From the NCBI GenBank assembly GCA_965649825.1, contig OZ287700.1:1240001-1304000 (forward strand): a stretch of DNA of 64,000 nucleotides, written 5' to 3'. Position 1 is the first letter of the stretch, and the number at the start of each line of letters is the position of its first letter. The position numbers and the translations under genes are program-made. Source of the DNA: Penicillus capitatus (lineage: Eukaryota; Plantae; Chlorophyta). Positions 37,706 through 50,400 of this stretch are shown in pieces. A model generated the notes under the pieces. That model saw only the letters and a list, made by a program, of their open reading frames with translations. It had not been told where the DNA came from and did no database searches.

Positions 37706-39809
37706 ATGGAATACCTCCTGACAACATGGATGGCTGTCGTCGTCGCGGCATGTCTGGCGACATTGGTATGGCGAAGAGTATGTTCGTTATGGAAGAGGAT
37801 CGAAGAGGTAACAGACTCTGGAAAGGAGGGAAGGATACTCTATGGCTCCCAAACGGGAACCTGCCGTACATTGGCGGAGGCACTGCATCGGAAGGCCCAC
37901 ATGCAAGGATACTCCTTAGCCTTAACGAATCTAAAAGATTTCGAAGTGGAAGATCTGCCCAAAGAGCGTTTGGTGTTGCTCCTGATCTCGACCTATGAGA
38001 ACGGCGAACCTCCAGACGATGCCAAATGGTTCTGCAGGTGTGTGCTTTGGCTGGAGAGAAGTGTGAGAAAGTGTGATATTGAAGTTGGCTGGAAGATGCG
38101 GAGAAAGATTTCCGAATGGGGAAACAGCTGATGCAGGGTACATCGTTCTCCGTCTTTGGCTGCGGAAATCGTCTCTATGGATCTTCCTTCAACGTCGTCG
38201 GGCGCCACGTGAATGCTTCTCTCAAGAAACTCGGCGCCAAACGGATTGTCGAAATGCATGTGGGCGATGAGGACAAGGGAAACATCGAGAGGCAGTTCCT
38301 CAAATGGCGCAACAAAGCAAGCGGGCTTCTTGCTGTCACTATGGGTGTCCTGAATACCTCTTGCAGATTCTGAACCAGTTACCTTCACTGGGCAATCGAC
38401 TCCAAGACGACGATTGCGAAGAGGAGAATCTAGTGCCGCGTGAAGAGGTATGCGGGTACGGATGCTCTGGGAACGTGTGATGGCGAATGCATCAAGGTGG
38501 ATATTGAAGATTTGGTAGAGGCAGGCGGTAAAGAAGCTGCCGATTCTTCTCGACCGATGGATATGTTGACGCCTATGCTGCGAACATCGTTGACGAAACA
38601 GGGTTACAAGCTCATTGGCACACACAGTGGTGTCAAGATGTGCCGGTGCGGATCTCGAGGCATGGCCTTCTGCGATATCTTCTTGATCCAGATGGACGAA
38701 ATCGATGTTACGGGGACGCGGAGGATGCTACAAACATACATTCTATGGCATCGAATCGCATCGTTGTATGGAGATGACGCCTTCCTTGGCATGTGCCAAC
38801 AAATGTGTGTTCTGTTGGCGACATCATACGAATCCTGTTGGCAAAGAGTGGAAATGGAACATGGATTCCGCGACAGAGATCGTTGTGCAATCGATCCAGT
38901 CACATCGCAAAATGATCAAAGAGTTCAGCGGTGCGCCGGGAGTCAAGAAAGAGCGATTGGAGGAGGGATATCGAGTAGGGCACTTATGTATGGGGGTGAC
39001 AAGGAGTGAAAACGGAGTGGCTTAGATCAAACACTGTGCACTGTCGTTGGTGGGAGAGCCCATTATGTACCCAGAGATCAATGCACTGGTCGATGAGCTG
39101 CATGGCAGGGGTATGTCAACCTTTCTCGTGACAAACGCACAGTTTCCTGACAACATGCAAAGATTGAAGCCAGTGACGCAGCTCTACGTTTCGGTGGATG
39201 CTGCCACCAAGGCATCGTTGAAATCCATCGACCGGCCACTCTTCGGCGATTTCTGGGAGCGATTCCAGTCGTGTCTGACGCTTCTTCGTCAGAAACGGCA
39301 GCGAACGGTGTATCGGATGACCCTTGTGAAGGAATGGAATATGAAAGAGATGGCAGAATACGCCACACTCGTCAACCTGGGCGAACCAGACTTCGTGGAG
39401 ATCAAGGGTGCCACATACTGTGGAGAATCTTCTGCCAGTGGGCTCACCATGAAGAACATTCCTTATCACGCAGACATCTGTGCCTTTGCTCAGGCCCTCT
39501 GCTATCAAACCCAAGGTATCGATCGCTCTCAGTGCGCTGCAAAGAGAGGAGATCTGTTCAGGGGTGTATGGATTGGCATGCGAACACGCACATTCCTGTT
39601 GTGTTCTGTTGGCTCGAATCGATCGATTCTTCCGCGAGGGAAGATGGCATACCTGGATCGATTACGATCGGTTTTCTGAGCTCGTGCATCGTGGCGGCGC
39701 GTTCAGTTCGGAAGATTATCAGTGCGAGACGCCTGATTGGGCGATCTATGGCGCATCGCGTCAGGGATTTGACCCAGCCGAGCAACGATTCTATAAGTGC
39801 CGAAAATGA
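37706..39809 (+). CDS. TYW1: tRNA wybutosine-synthesis radical SAM enzyme TYW1 (flavodoxin + radical SAM)
   Basis: ILYGSQTGTC flavodoxin, GYKLIGTHSGVKMCR, SLACANKCVFCWRHH, LVGEPIMYP, TFLVTNAQFP, CEHAHSCCVL. Confidence 0.95.
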
Positions 39810-40027
39810 CAATCGTCTAAACAGAGACAGTTTTGTTGAGATGTCCTGGCCGAGTTTGAATTGCCTGTCCTATGAGCAGTGTCAGATGGTGATGTCCACT
39901 CAAGCTTGAATTAAATTCAATCATCCCCTTGAAAAGCTACAAAATCAGACCTGTCCAATGTACAGTCATCGTACTCCTACGTTCCTCCTCGCAGCAAACC
40001 ATCAAGTGCATTCGCACAGACGAAAAG

Positions 40028-41600
40028 TCAGTATGTCGCGTTTAAATGCGAAAAAAGAGAACTAAACTGTTGATCGTAGAATCCCCCATCCTTTACGTTT
40101 TTCTGCAGTTCCTTCATTGCGATAAAAATGTAGGCGGCAATGACAGCTCCTATGAGTGGTCCGCAAATAGGGATCCATGCATAATACCATTCTGAAGGTC
40201 CTTTGCCATCTATCGGCAAGATACAATGGGCAAATCTTGGTGCCAAGTCTCGTGCTGGATTCATAGCGACACCCATTCCACCGAGACACAGAACTAACAT
40301 CGCAATCAGAAGACCGATGTAAAGAGACATGATTCCATGGCGATAGACATCATCATATCCTTCATAAAGAAATTGAGCCCGTTCCTTAATGAAGAGAATC
40401 CCGATGACAAGAAAAAACGTGGAAATGACTTCGGTGATGAGATTGATCAGAGGAGAGTACGTGGCAGGGCGAGTACAGAAGATTGCCAGTTTCATATTCT
40501 GATCAGCTCTCTTGCTTGCCGAGACTAATAGATCTTCATCGACGTTGTCTTTTGGATGAGCTTCGTGCATTGCTTGAGGGTTTACTTGGTCGCTTGATTC
40601 GAGTGCCGGGGCAGTTTCGTAGTCAGCATCGGGGTCCATTACAGTCAAATTGTTGCGCAGTGGATCGCCCACTCTCGGATCGTCTGCACGTATGGAACGA
40701 TCGGTTGTTTGATCTTCTGGGACGCTCTCCAGCTCAGACATATCGCTGCTTCTCAGACGAGGCATCTGGACATAGATCTCTCCTTCGTCTGAAATGTTCG
40801 CATTGGCCGTCGCTGCAGCACAGAAACGTCACATCAAGATTTGGCAGGAGAGAAGGTTGACCGATGGGTCAGCAGAAAGGCAGCTAGCTACCTGATCGAG
40901 AGCGGACGGCCACGGTCCCGGGATCACTGCTGTGTTCCATGCGTTCGAGTCGATTGTGCAAATCGGCGATCGTCACGGAGCGGCGTCGATTTGGTCGGGC
41001 TCTCGACGCCTCGGGGCCCAGTACAGCTGACGTGTTGTACACCAGGCTTCCGTGTGGCGTCCTCCGAACCGTCCCGCTCAATCGCCGTCCGATCTGCCAC
41101 ACTCTATTCTGAATCGCACTTGGCAGCCGCGGGGTCACTGATGGCTGACGTGTATTGTATGAAACGAAGTCGAGACCACGTCGACCAATGTCGTCACGCG
41201 TGCGCAAAAGACGCTCGGCATCTTTCTGCGGAGGCGGCTCCGGTTCGGTTTTGAACTGGGGATAATAGAAAACAAACATGAGACACGCACCAACAAAGGC
41301 ACCGAACGTTTGACTGAGGGCGATGGGGGGCCAGTCGCTCAAAGATATATCTCCAACCAGAGCACTGCCGAGTGCCATTGCTGGGTTAAGAGCCGTGCTG
41401 ATATAACCGAGGAACTGAACTGGGATAAAAACGGCGAGGCCAACGCCGAAAGCCAACCATCCGTAGCTGACGTCATGGCCTTTCGTCTTTGGCAACAGCT
41501 TATTTGCCAAGAGCGCAAGAACAAAGAAGACAAACGTCATCGTAGCGAAGGCTTCCGAAATACATCGTGAAAGAAGGGAATAGTCGCCAGAATAACCCAT
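40028..41600 (-). CDS. GlpF/GIP-type aquaglyceroporin with very long loop C (2 exons)
   Basis: First box ISTALNPA; second half AIFCTRPA...MNPARDLAPRFAHCILPIDGKGPSEWYYAWIP. One intron near 40810-40890 joins the two ORFs in frame. Confidence 0.9.
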
Positions 41601-41750
41601 TCGGACGGAAGAGGTGCGAAACAGTCAGAAGTGGAGGTATAAGTAGTCTCAAGTCGATGCGACGTGAATTAAATTCCCGAGAAGAACGCCTTGCGGTGGA
41701 ACGGGTCCACGTCGGACAATCTGTGTACATGCTAGCTATATGGCAAGTCT

Positions 41751-41950
41751 GTGCGTTCGTTCGATCTCCTGTGTGCGTTCGTTCGATCTCCTTGTGCGTT
41801 CGTTCGATCTCCTGTGTGTGTGCGTTCGTTCGATCTCCTGTGTGTGTGCGTTCGTTCGATCTCCTTGTGTGCGTTCGTTCGATCTCCTTGTGTGCGTGCG
41901 TTCGTTCGCGTGTTTGTTTGTTCGTTTTTTTGTTTGTTCGTTCGTTCTCT
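41751..41950. repeat. Compound minisatellite: 6 full copies of GTGCGTTCGTTCGATCTCCT separated by variable (T/GT)n, then a degenerate TTCG/TTTG tail
   Basis: Copies at 41751-41770, 41771-41792, 41793-41813, 41814-41839, 41840-41865, 41866-41888; partial copy to ~41908. Confidence 0.95.
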
Positions 41951-42057
41951 GGCTTGAACGGCGTAGTATTGCTCGGCGTCTTTTTCATCGTCATCATCGT
42001 CATTGTCGACACCCTTCGCGTGCACGGAGCGCAGAGCCAAGCACAGTCGTCCACAAC

Positions 42058-43262
42058 ATGGCCGCAGATGGAACGTACTTCGTTGGGCGCAACGAGCTCT
42101 TGGCGTGGATTAACACAACCCTCTCCCTGAACTTGACGAAAATTGAGCAAGTCAACATTCAACACCTGTCTGAACGCCCCTTCACGGCGCCTGTGTAGAC
42201 GGCCAACGGTGCCGTCGCTTGTCAGCTAATGGACGTCCTTTACAACAACCACTTTCCGATGCAGAAGGTCTCGACATCTTCACACAAAACTCCACACACA
42301 TGACGGACTGCACCTGCAGATCGATTTCAATGCCAACAATGAATACATTATGATTAACAACTACAAAGTCCTCCAGGCCTTCTTCAACAAGAAGGGAATT
42401 GAGAAAGTCGCTTATTGCTCTGTGCTGCATGACGAGTCATGTGCTGTCGTTGATAGAGTATCGAAGTCAATAAACTGATCAAGGGACGACCGTTAGATAA
42501 TATGGAATTCATTCAGTGGTTGAAGGCCTTTTGGGATCGCGAAACAGGTGGAATGGAATTGGAAGAAGATTACGATCCTATGGAGAGACGTCAGATGTGC
42601 AAAACAGGAGACATCAAGGAAACGGGGACAGCCACTGCTGCTGCTGCTCCGAAGGCCACGACAACCACCGTCAAAAGGCCCGGGTCCTCCAAAATGCCAT
42701 CCTCCCAAGGGACAACGCGGACAACTCCCAAAAGCAGCTCTGGAGGGTGCAGAACGGTGCCCGAGATTGAAAAGTTGATGCGGGAATGGTGTGTAGGAAG
42801 AGTCATAGCATAGGTGGACCCAGTCCCGTTGCTCGTAATACCCGTACCCATACGCCCAAGTCTTATCGAACCAGTCGAGTGGACGCCGTCCAGGCAGATC
42901 AACAAGCTGAAGAGAGGATCAAGGATTTGACGGAACAGGTGCAATGCATAGGGGGCAGACAGATGTCGAGATGGGATGGTATGTGCTTGTAGCTGACGGA
43001 TATGCGGATGACAGCCGAAGAATCGGTTCGAGAACGCGAGTTCTACTATGGCAAGCTGAGAGAAATCGAAATTCTCTGTCAGACACCGACCATCTGCGAA
43101 GAGCCGATTATCAAAGTGATTGAGCAGATTCTGTATGCCCCGAACGAAGAGGAGGCACGAGCCATCGTTCAGAAATGTCAGATGGACTATGCTGGCAGTA
43201 TTTTTGCTGAAGCTGACGAAGTAGCCCAGACAATTGAAGAAGATGAAAATGGGAATCCTTAG
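42058..43262 (+). CDS. EB1: Microtubule end-binding protein EB1
   Basis: FVGRNELLAWIN, ANGAVACQLMD, NNYKVLQAFF, KGRPLDNMEFIQWLKAFWD, REREFYYGKLREIEILCQ. Confidence 0.95.
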
Positions 43263-43636
43263 CTGTCTCGCTGCTGTCAAGCACTGGATGCCTCCGCCCC
43301 TTCCATTGCAGAGTCAGAGATTGAAATCGTGCGCATCTATCTCATTCATGTCTAATAACGATAGCCCTCTTGGTGTGAGTGGATGGGCACTGTTTCTAGC
43401 TCCCCGCGGTGGAGTCGTCTGTCGAATTTAGAATATTGATTCTTTTCATTGGTCTCCAAGAATGAGTCAGTTGGTCCATTGACCTGGTTCATAGGCGATT
43501 CCAAAATGGGAGTTCAGTTTGATGATGCATTCCCTACACTTCCTGATGATTGTCAATGGCTCGATGACCCTTTCACAATGTGCAACAAGTGTAAAGCACT
43601 CAATAACAGACAGACAGATCGTTTGATGCAGTGTCT

Positions 43637-44374
43637 TCACAAATCGAAGTCGAGATGGGGCAAAAACACAACGCCTGTCTCTCGCAGCCGATAAAAGCAC
43701 TCCACACAGAATTCTGTTTCTTCATTGGATGACGGCGCCGCCGCCACTGTTCTCTGCGTTTGGCGGCGCAGTCGGCCATCGACATTGGCGATGGAGAGAA
43801 GGTCGATTGGGATGGGTTCGATGATGTGATCGAAGAGAGGACGGAGATTGGCGACCAGATCACGATCGACATCCGATGTGCACAGCGTCATAAAGCTGTT
43901 TGGCTGACCCAGTACCATCTGCCCAATATTCATGCAACATCGGCAAAAGCTCAGGAGCTGTTGGGGATAGGCATTCAGACAGAGAAGCGTGGAGATCGAG
44001 TCGATGATCAGCGTAAAGCTAGCGTCCTCCTTTTCTGTCGGCCAGGATTTGATAAGGCGCAGAATCTCATCGAAGAGGGCATCGAAACGGCAGGCATGGC
44101 TTGTTTCCAGGTCGACGTTGCAGACTGACGTCAGGAGGTCGAAAACGCGGAGCTGTTGGGAAGCTATGAGGCTGTGCACCGATACGCCGGTCTTTCTCAG
44201 AACGCGCGCGTAGTGCTCGATGTTCTGATCAACCGTCACGAACATACACCGTCTGCCTGATAGCAGATGCTCCTTCAACAGGTGCGAAATCAGGAACCGC
44301 GTTTCGTTCTGCAGCGTGCTTTGAATCAACACCGATCCCGGACATCTCGATAACGAAACGAAATCCACCGACAT
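43637..44374 (-). CDS. ELP6: Elongator complex subunit 6-like RecA-fold protein (intronless)
   Basis: SVLIQSTL...FLISHLL...MFVTVDQNIEHYARVLRKTGVSV...LIIDSISTLL...NVDGRL pattern typical of ELP6. Confidence 0.65.
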   Translation of the reverse strand: MSVDFVSLSRCPGSVLIQSTLQNETRFLISHLLKEHLLSGRRCMFVTVDQNIEHYARVLRKTGVSVHSLIASQQLRVFDLLTSVCNVDLETSHACRFDALFDEILRLIKSWPTEKEDASFTLIIDSISTLLCLNAYPQQLLSFCRCCMNIGQMVLGQPNSFMTLCTSDVDRDLVANLRPLFDHIIEPIPIDLLSIANVDGRLRRQTQRTVAAAPSSNEETEFCVECFYRLRETGVVFLPHLDFDL

Positions 44375-44629
44375 GACGCGACGACTAACGACACGCCTCT
44401 CACAGACACGGTCACGGAGACGAGGAAAAACGATGGAATGTGTATATACGCTCCTATTATCAACGATCTCTTTCGTCGATTCCTTCCCCGAGAACGCATA
44501 CGACCGGAGCGCGTGGTTGGGGAATAAAGACACAGCCAGTGGTCGGTGTCCCATTGCTAAGAAATTTGTTCCGACGAAAATGCATTCATTGAAGTCGGTC
44601 ACAGCGTCACTCTTCTATCGGTATTGTCG

Positions 44630-45879
44630 TCAAGTCGATAGGAAACGAGATTGGCAGTCCTTAGCGAGTTCCTTCGAGCCGATGTAGATGGTGCTCTTGT
44701 CATCGAATGTCTCAATTCTTTGATCCAGAGATGACCCCTCATCGTTGTACGCTGCCCCTCCTGCCGCCTAATGATCACATCTCACTCTTTCTACAAGTGT
44801 GATTCCCTTCGAAAGCGTCACCTCGACAATGTAGGCCATTGGCATACACTCATACATCAAACGCAGACGCGTCGGCGAAAGCGGAGAAGAGGGAAAACAG
44901 TAGAGACCGCCGCCCTAGAACGGATACCAATGTGTGAGGACAAAGAGTGAGAGGATGCGGTGGCGGACAGAAGTGAGAATGTTGTGAATGTCCGAGACCA
45001 TGGCGCCGGAGTATCTGAGAATGTAATGGTTCTCCATCCAGCTTTGCATCAGTGCTTGATAAGGAGGACTGTCAGCCGCCGCCCGGAAATTCGCGGGAGC
45101 GCAGATCTTCTCTTCGCCAATGGTGATTTCATCACGCGCCAGAGACCACACTCCATTGACATAGACAAACTCCTGGACCTTCACTGTGACGTCGGTGTCT
45201 AAAAACAACGATGCTTAGAGAGTGTGCTTCGTTGAGGGTGATAGCGATGCCCGAAATCGGACGAGCGATGACAAGGAGTGTTTTGGGGCCATAGACAGCA
45301 TAGGCAGCACTGGCCAGATCACGTCCTGTCTGGCCAATGGGTGTATTGCCCTTCCAGATACCGATGATGGTCCCCACAGCGAAGTTGGACTTGAAGATAC
45401 TGGATCCATCCAGAGGATCGAACGCCACACAATAGCCAGATCCGGCCGCTTTCCTGGCCACTGGATATTCTTCACTTGGTGCCGTTTCGACGCATTCGCT
45501 CTCGATAAAGCGATTGAGCAGAATCTCATCTGTCCGAACATCTGCCTATCGAAACGATGTGCATAGTATTGTGGAAAAGATGAGATCATACCATGAGCTG
45601 AGAATCGCCAAACTGATTTGGCTGTCCCGTATAGTCCGCGCTGATCACTCCGAGTTCTGCCTGGATGTATCAAATCACGAAAGAGACGCTATTCGAGTGG
45701 CAGGATGATGTTAAGTACTGCGATGTCGGTGGCCGCCCGGCTAATGGCTAATAACACCGCCGCCTGAAAAACGCACGCATTTGGCAGGCCGAATGGTGGC
45801 GCGATTTTACGAGTCCTTTCGGCAGCGTCTTCAGTTCATCTGTCAAGAGCCGATGCATCACGGATCCTGCAGTGGTCAT
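44630..45879 (-). CDS. Sedoheptulose-1,7-bisphosphatase-like (FBPase class 1 fold), no evident transit peptide
   Basis: NQFGDSQLMADV, PSEE, VAFDPLDGSS, NFAVGTIIGIW, YGPKT, LRYSGAMVSD, LRLMYECMPMAYIVE, DDKSTIYIGSKE. Confidence 0.82.
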
Positions 45880-45932
45880 TAGGTCTTTCGAGCGACTTGG
45901 ATGGTGTTTGCGACGTTATCGATCCGTGGCGT

Positions 45933-45940
45933 GATGTGAC
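45933..45940. promoter_or_regulatory. GATGTGAC motif upstream of the SBPase-like gene
   Basis: 53 nt upstream of ATG 45879 (minus strand). Confidence 0.3.
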
Positions 45941-46194
45941 ATATGTTGCTGCATTTATACACCACAGAGTAACACTCTAACGTCACAGATCGGCAGAAGA
46001 ATCCCCAAAATCGATTCGTTGAATGGATTGAATGTTCGTGTCAGGAAGAGTATCGTGGTGCTTCACGCACACACACACTGCTAAAATCGAAATCCAGGAC
46101 AATAAACGGTTTTTTTGGAAGAGATTTCAAAATGTGTCCATTGAACAGAGATGTCAGGGAGCTAATTGAATAGCAAGACAATTACGTCTCTTGA

Positions 46195-47091
46195 TCAGCA
46201 TACTTTATTTTTTTCTACTTGAAATCTGTCCAGAGCAATGTACCAAAGATCGAGGGCAAAGTAAACTGCGTTTAAAAGATACGTATAGAGAAACCCAATC
46301 AAGATCTTGGAGAAGTGCCAAAAAGTGGAAGCCTTCAGTTTCCAAGAGACATTTATCTTTGTGTAGCGATCTTGGTGATGTCTAATACGCTGATCGTCGA
46401 CACAACATACGGTTTGAACCTACACGTATGTCTCCAAGTGAGCTAAACCATCAGAGAGAGAGACTCACGTTACCTCACAAGTAATGACCTCTGGCAACAA
46501 GTAGTGTATCAAAGGCAGAGGATGCACAACATATCGGCGCAAGCATTCAGCTGTGTACACAGTTACCTTATTCTCCGCAGGTTCACTCTTGAGATTCTTG
46601 ATGAAGACTTCGACTTTGAGGAATAGACAGATCAGCGTCAAAAAATGATAGAAGATACAACGGGCGCCAGCCAGAGTAATAAAGTTGTCTTCGTAGATGG
46701 CATCTTCATGGTAGTGAGGCATAACAACCTCCAACTGCTGCATCGCATTGGATGTTGTGAATACGAAGGCACCAGACTGCGATGTCTGCTGGGAAGTGCT
46801 CGGCGTCGGGGTCAGACATTCTGGAATGCCTTCGGCAGTGAGATGCAGACTCTCTTCTGAAAATGCCGGAGAGAAGGATCGCCGCCAGACCATGTCTTCA
46901 TTCAGCTCCGATTCTTCTTTAGTAGCACCGAACAACGCGTCTTCGTCATTCGCTAGGGCTTTCTCCTTCAGCAGAGACCGTAAAGTAGAGGCTATGTGCC
47001 ATATTGGATGGGAGTACCGTTGCAGCGTGGGAGTATGCATGTGCTTTTGAAGCAAGAAGCCATAGTCCGGTGGCGCCAGCACATAAGACAT
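46195..47091 (-). CDS. Hypothetical protein with NTF2/SnoaL-like (DUF2358-like) domain and C-terminal hydrophobic segment
   Basis: YHEDAIYEDNFITLAG..., intron 46420-46473 joins to VQTVCCVDDQRIRHHQD. Start codon uncertain. Confidence 0.5.
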
Positions 47092-47402
47092 GTTTCTTTT
47101 TGAAAAGCTGATTCATCGTTCCGCTCGGACGAGAATCTGCCGTCAAAGAACTCGTGTCCGTCGTGGCACCAGTTATGTGCTGAAAGAGAGAAAGGACCAA
47201 AGAACCGCAGAAACGACGCATTAAGATATGCAAAGATTACAGCAACTTCATACACACACAGCGTTTTCCTTTCCGCTGATGCAGACCACGCATTCAAACG
47301 GCACATTTCATATAACCGCCGACACAGATCATAAAACGTACGACAGTCCATCTGTTAGGCAAAAGTCGTCGGCGACCGGCAGAGGATCGAAGAGAAACCG
47401 CG

Positions 47403-50400
47403 ATGTTTGCCTATATCACGTGACTGCCGTCGTTTCAGTCGAAACTTCGACAAAACTTGGCCCTTTCTTTGCAGCAAAAAGCTGGTCCTGCCGGATGGCA
47501 TTTGCATACGTTGCATTGACTGGAGTACTGGAAACGATCTGATGGCATGTGGCGGCGACGATGGTTTCCTTCAAGCATGTCCCTAGACGATGCACTCGAT
47601 CGCCGTTTCGGCGAAGTTCTTGAGCGTTAGGTTCTGCGATTGGCAACGAGCCACAGAGACGACGCGGCTCTGCCTCTAAACCAAACGCTCGAAGGCCATC
47701 GCGGAATCGTGAACACTGTCTGTTGGAATGAAAAGCACGAGCGGTTGACATCTGCGGATGAACACGGCACGATCCTTGTCTGGGCTGCGTCTCACGGAGA
47801 GTGGAAAGAAGATATGCGAAACGAAAAGTGCATCCGGTCGCGGATCGCGATGCGTTCGACGGAATGTGACCATTGTTGGTGCAGAAACGAAGGAAAAGTC
47901 GCCGGTCTTCGCTGGAACGAGACCTGGGACAGGATATGTATTGCCTACGAGACAGGCCACGTCCTCGTTGGAGACATCGAAGGTCCTTTCCCCGCCTTTC
48001 CACCTCTGCGTCGCGCTCATGATCGTGGCAGGCAAACGGCAGTGGCTGACGGAACTGAATGCAAAACTGGTCTGCATTGCGTGGTCGCCGGACGACAGAA
48101 CGATTCTGGCAGCAGACTGTCAAGGAGTTTGCCACATTGTGGACTCCAAGGGTGACGTGCTTACGAAGATTCAATGGACTTTAGTGGTAGGCGACTATCG
48201 GTGTCGAGCTGACGCTCACATCTGTCTGGCAGACGGAGGCCGGAAGCCACGATACTCTTACATGCATGGACTGGCGATCGGGTAAGGACTGCCGCAGTTA
48301 AGTATTGCTGAGTTACGTGGTATGGTCGTTGGCCGTGCAGGAGGACAAGGCGGTATCGACAATCCTGTGGCTGTAGGATTCCGCACAGGCACCGTTCGTC
48401 TTTTGCACCGAGCGTCGACGGAGAAAGCGATCGACATTCGGACACCCTTTTTCAATCTCTTTGCTCTGAAATGGAGTCGCGACGGAGAAGTACACCGATT
48501 CGTCGATTGTCGTCGTCGACAGAATCGCAATGCAAACGCGTTCTCTAGGTTCTCGCCGTGACTGGAGAAATCGCGACGGACGCAAACGCATCTTCATGGC
48601 ATCATCGCCACCGTGTCGCGTTCTATTCGCGAACAGGTTCGGCTATTGGGTCATTGACGGTTCCAGCTGACAGCATCGGCGAAGTTGATTGGAATTCGGA
48701 AAGTTCTGTCTTGGCAATTTGTGCTGGAACACATGTGCACGTGGCCGATATCAGGTAAGAAACACCAGTACGAGAGCAACTACTCGAGTTGCCCACAGAC
48801 GTGATCGAATGTGGACGTTTTTGGGCACAACGCTCGTCTACGTATTCACGACGTCGATCGGTGGCGATGCAAATGTGCTCTTTATCGATTCAATCAGCGA
48901 AGAAATGCACGTGATATCCTTCGAGGAAGTGATCGGGTTGACATCTTGTGACCCTTTTTGCTTCGTTATTTCGAAGGTTTCTCTGCTGAACGCCTGTGCT
49001 TACGGTGCACTTTCTGACAGAGGGAAACGTAGGGCACCGATTCTGATGAGAATCGAATCTCGGTATTTACCTCGAGTGGCGTTCTTCAACTTTACAGTCT
49101 CTTACCACTCGTCGATCCCCATACGGCTGTTACTCGAGAATGCGCCATTGCGGCATCGGGAACGTGTCTATGGGTGTGGCACTTCAAGCGTAGCATCAAC
49201 GATCCGCGATTTCAAGGTGGACTGTCCGCAGACGATGCACACATCACGCTATTCAAATGCGATAAACAGACAGTAGGTGCATGCATTCCATGTCATCGGA
49301 AGTTTAGTCGATCGAGAGCATCAGGGAATTGCCAGCAGAGTTTCTGCGCCCTCGATCGGATCAGGCGTCGATGATGACGTCGCTGCGATTGCGGCGATCG
49401 AGGAGACGTTGATCGTGGCATCGATTGATGCCGATGTGCGCATCTATAAGTTACCGAGCGCGACGCTGTATGCAAAGCTCTCGATCTGCGAGAGGATCAG
49501 AAGTATCTCGTTGAACTGCGATGGATCGAGAGCGTCCTTCATCGACGAGGCTGCGATCATGCGGATCATCGAAGTTCCGCCGTGCCACACGATGATCGCG
49601 GCCCTCGGACCGACGAGGATCACTCCTTCGGTGCTATTTACGAAAAACGTGAGAAACGACGGCCTTCGTCTCCTGAACATCTTTCCAATCGTTTCAGGAT
49701 GTTTGGAGTGTCGTTTGGAGTGAAGACGATACACAGGCATTCGCTTTGATGGAGAAATCACGATTGTACATCCTTAGTGGAGATCACATCGAAGAGCCAC
49801 TCGAATCCGGGCATCGACTCTGTCGCTTTGCTTCGTTGAAAGTGGACACCGTCGCCATCGACGCTCAGCTCTCTTCGGCCGAACCAGATGCGATCGATAT
49901 TTCTCGCCTCTTTCGAACGCACAAAACAAAGGCGCTGCGCGACGTAGAGCATCTGCTTTCGGAAGGACGACTTCATGAGGCTTGGAAACGAGCCGAATCG
50001 CATCCGCACAAAAAACTCTTTGTCGTAATAGCCGACGAAGCTCTTCGACGTGACGAGTTCTCAATTGCAGAGCGTTGTTTCGCCAAGTGCACTCTCTTAG
50101 CGTTGTTAAGTGCAGGATGTCGGTCTCTAGGTGTGCTGACTATAATGGCATACAGCTTATCAAGAAACTAGCGTCTGTCCAGATGCCTTTTGTTCAGAAG
50201 GCAATGATTGCCTCTTTTCGGCGTCGCTTTGACGAAGCGGAGAAGATCTATGTGGAAAACGATCGATCCGATCTGGCAATCCAGTTGCGATGTAAGATCG
50301 GCGATCTCTCCATCGCGGAAGAGCTGGTGAAGCGATACGGCTGTGATCATTTCGCAAAGAACCAGTTATGGAATCTCATCGGCGATAGCTATGCAGAACG

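Noticed and set aside
41751-41950. Direct repeats resembling a CRISPR array
   Set aside because: The linkers are only 0-6 nt of T/GT with no unique spacers, there are no cas genes, and the context is eukaryotic.
41500-42198. Repetitive ORFs in several frames across the minisatellite
   Set aside because: The frames are open only because the repeat lacks stop codons. They overlap the true starts of the aquaporin and EB1.
42591-43280. 229-aa minus-strand ORF
   Set aside because: It is antisense to EB1 exons and has no recognisable motif.
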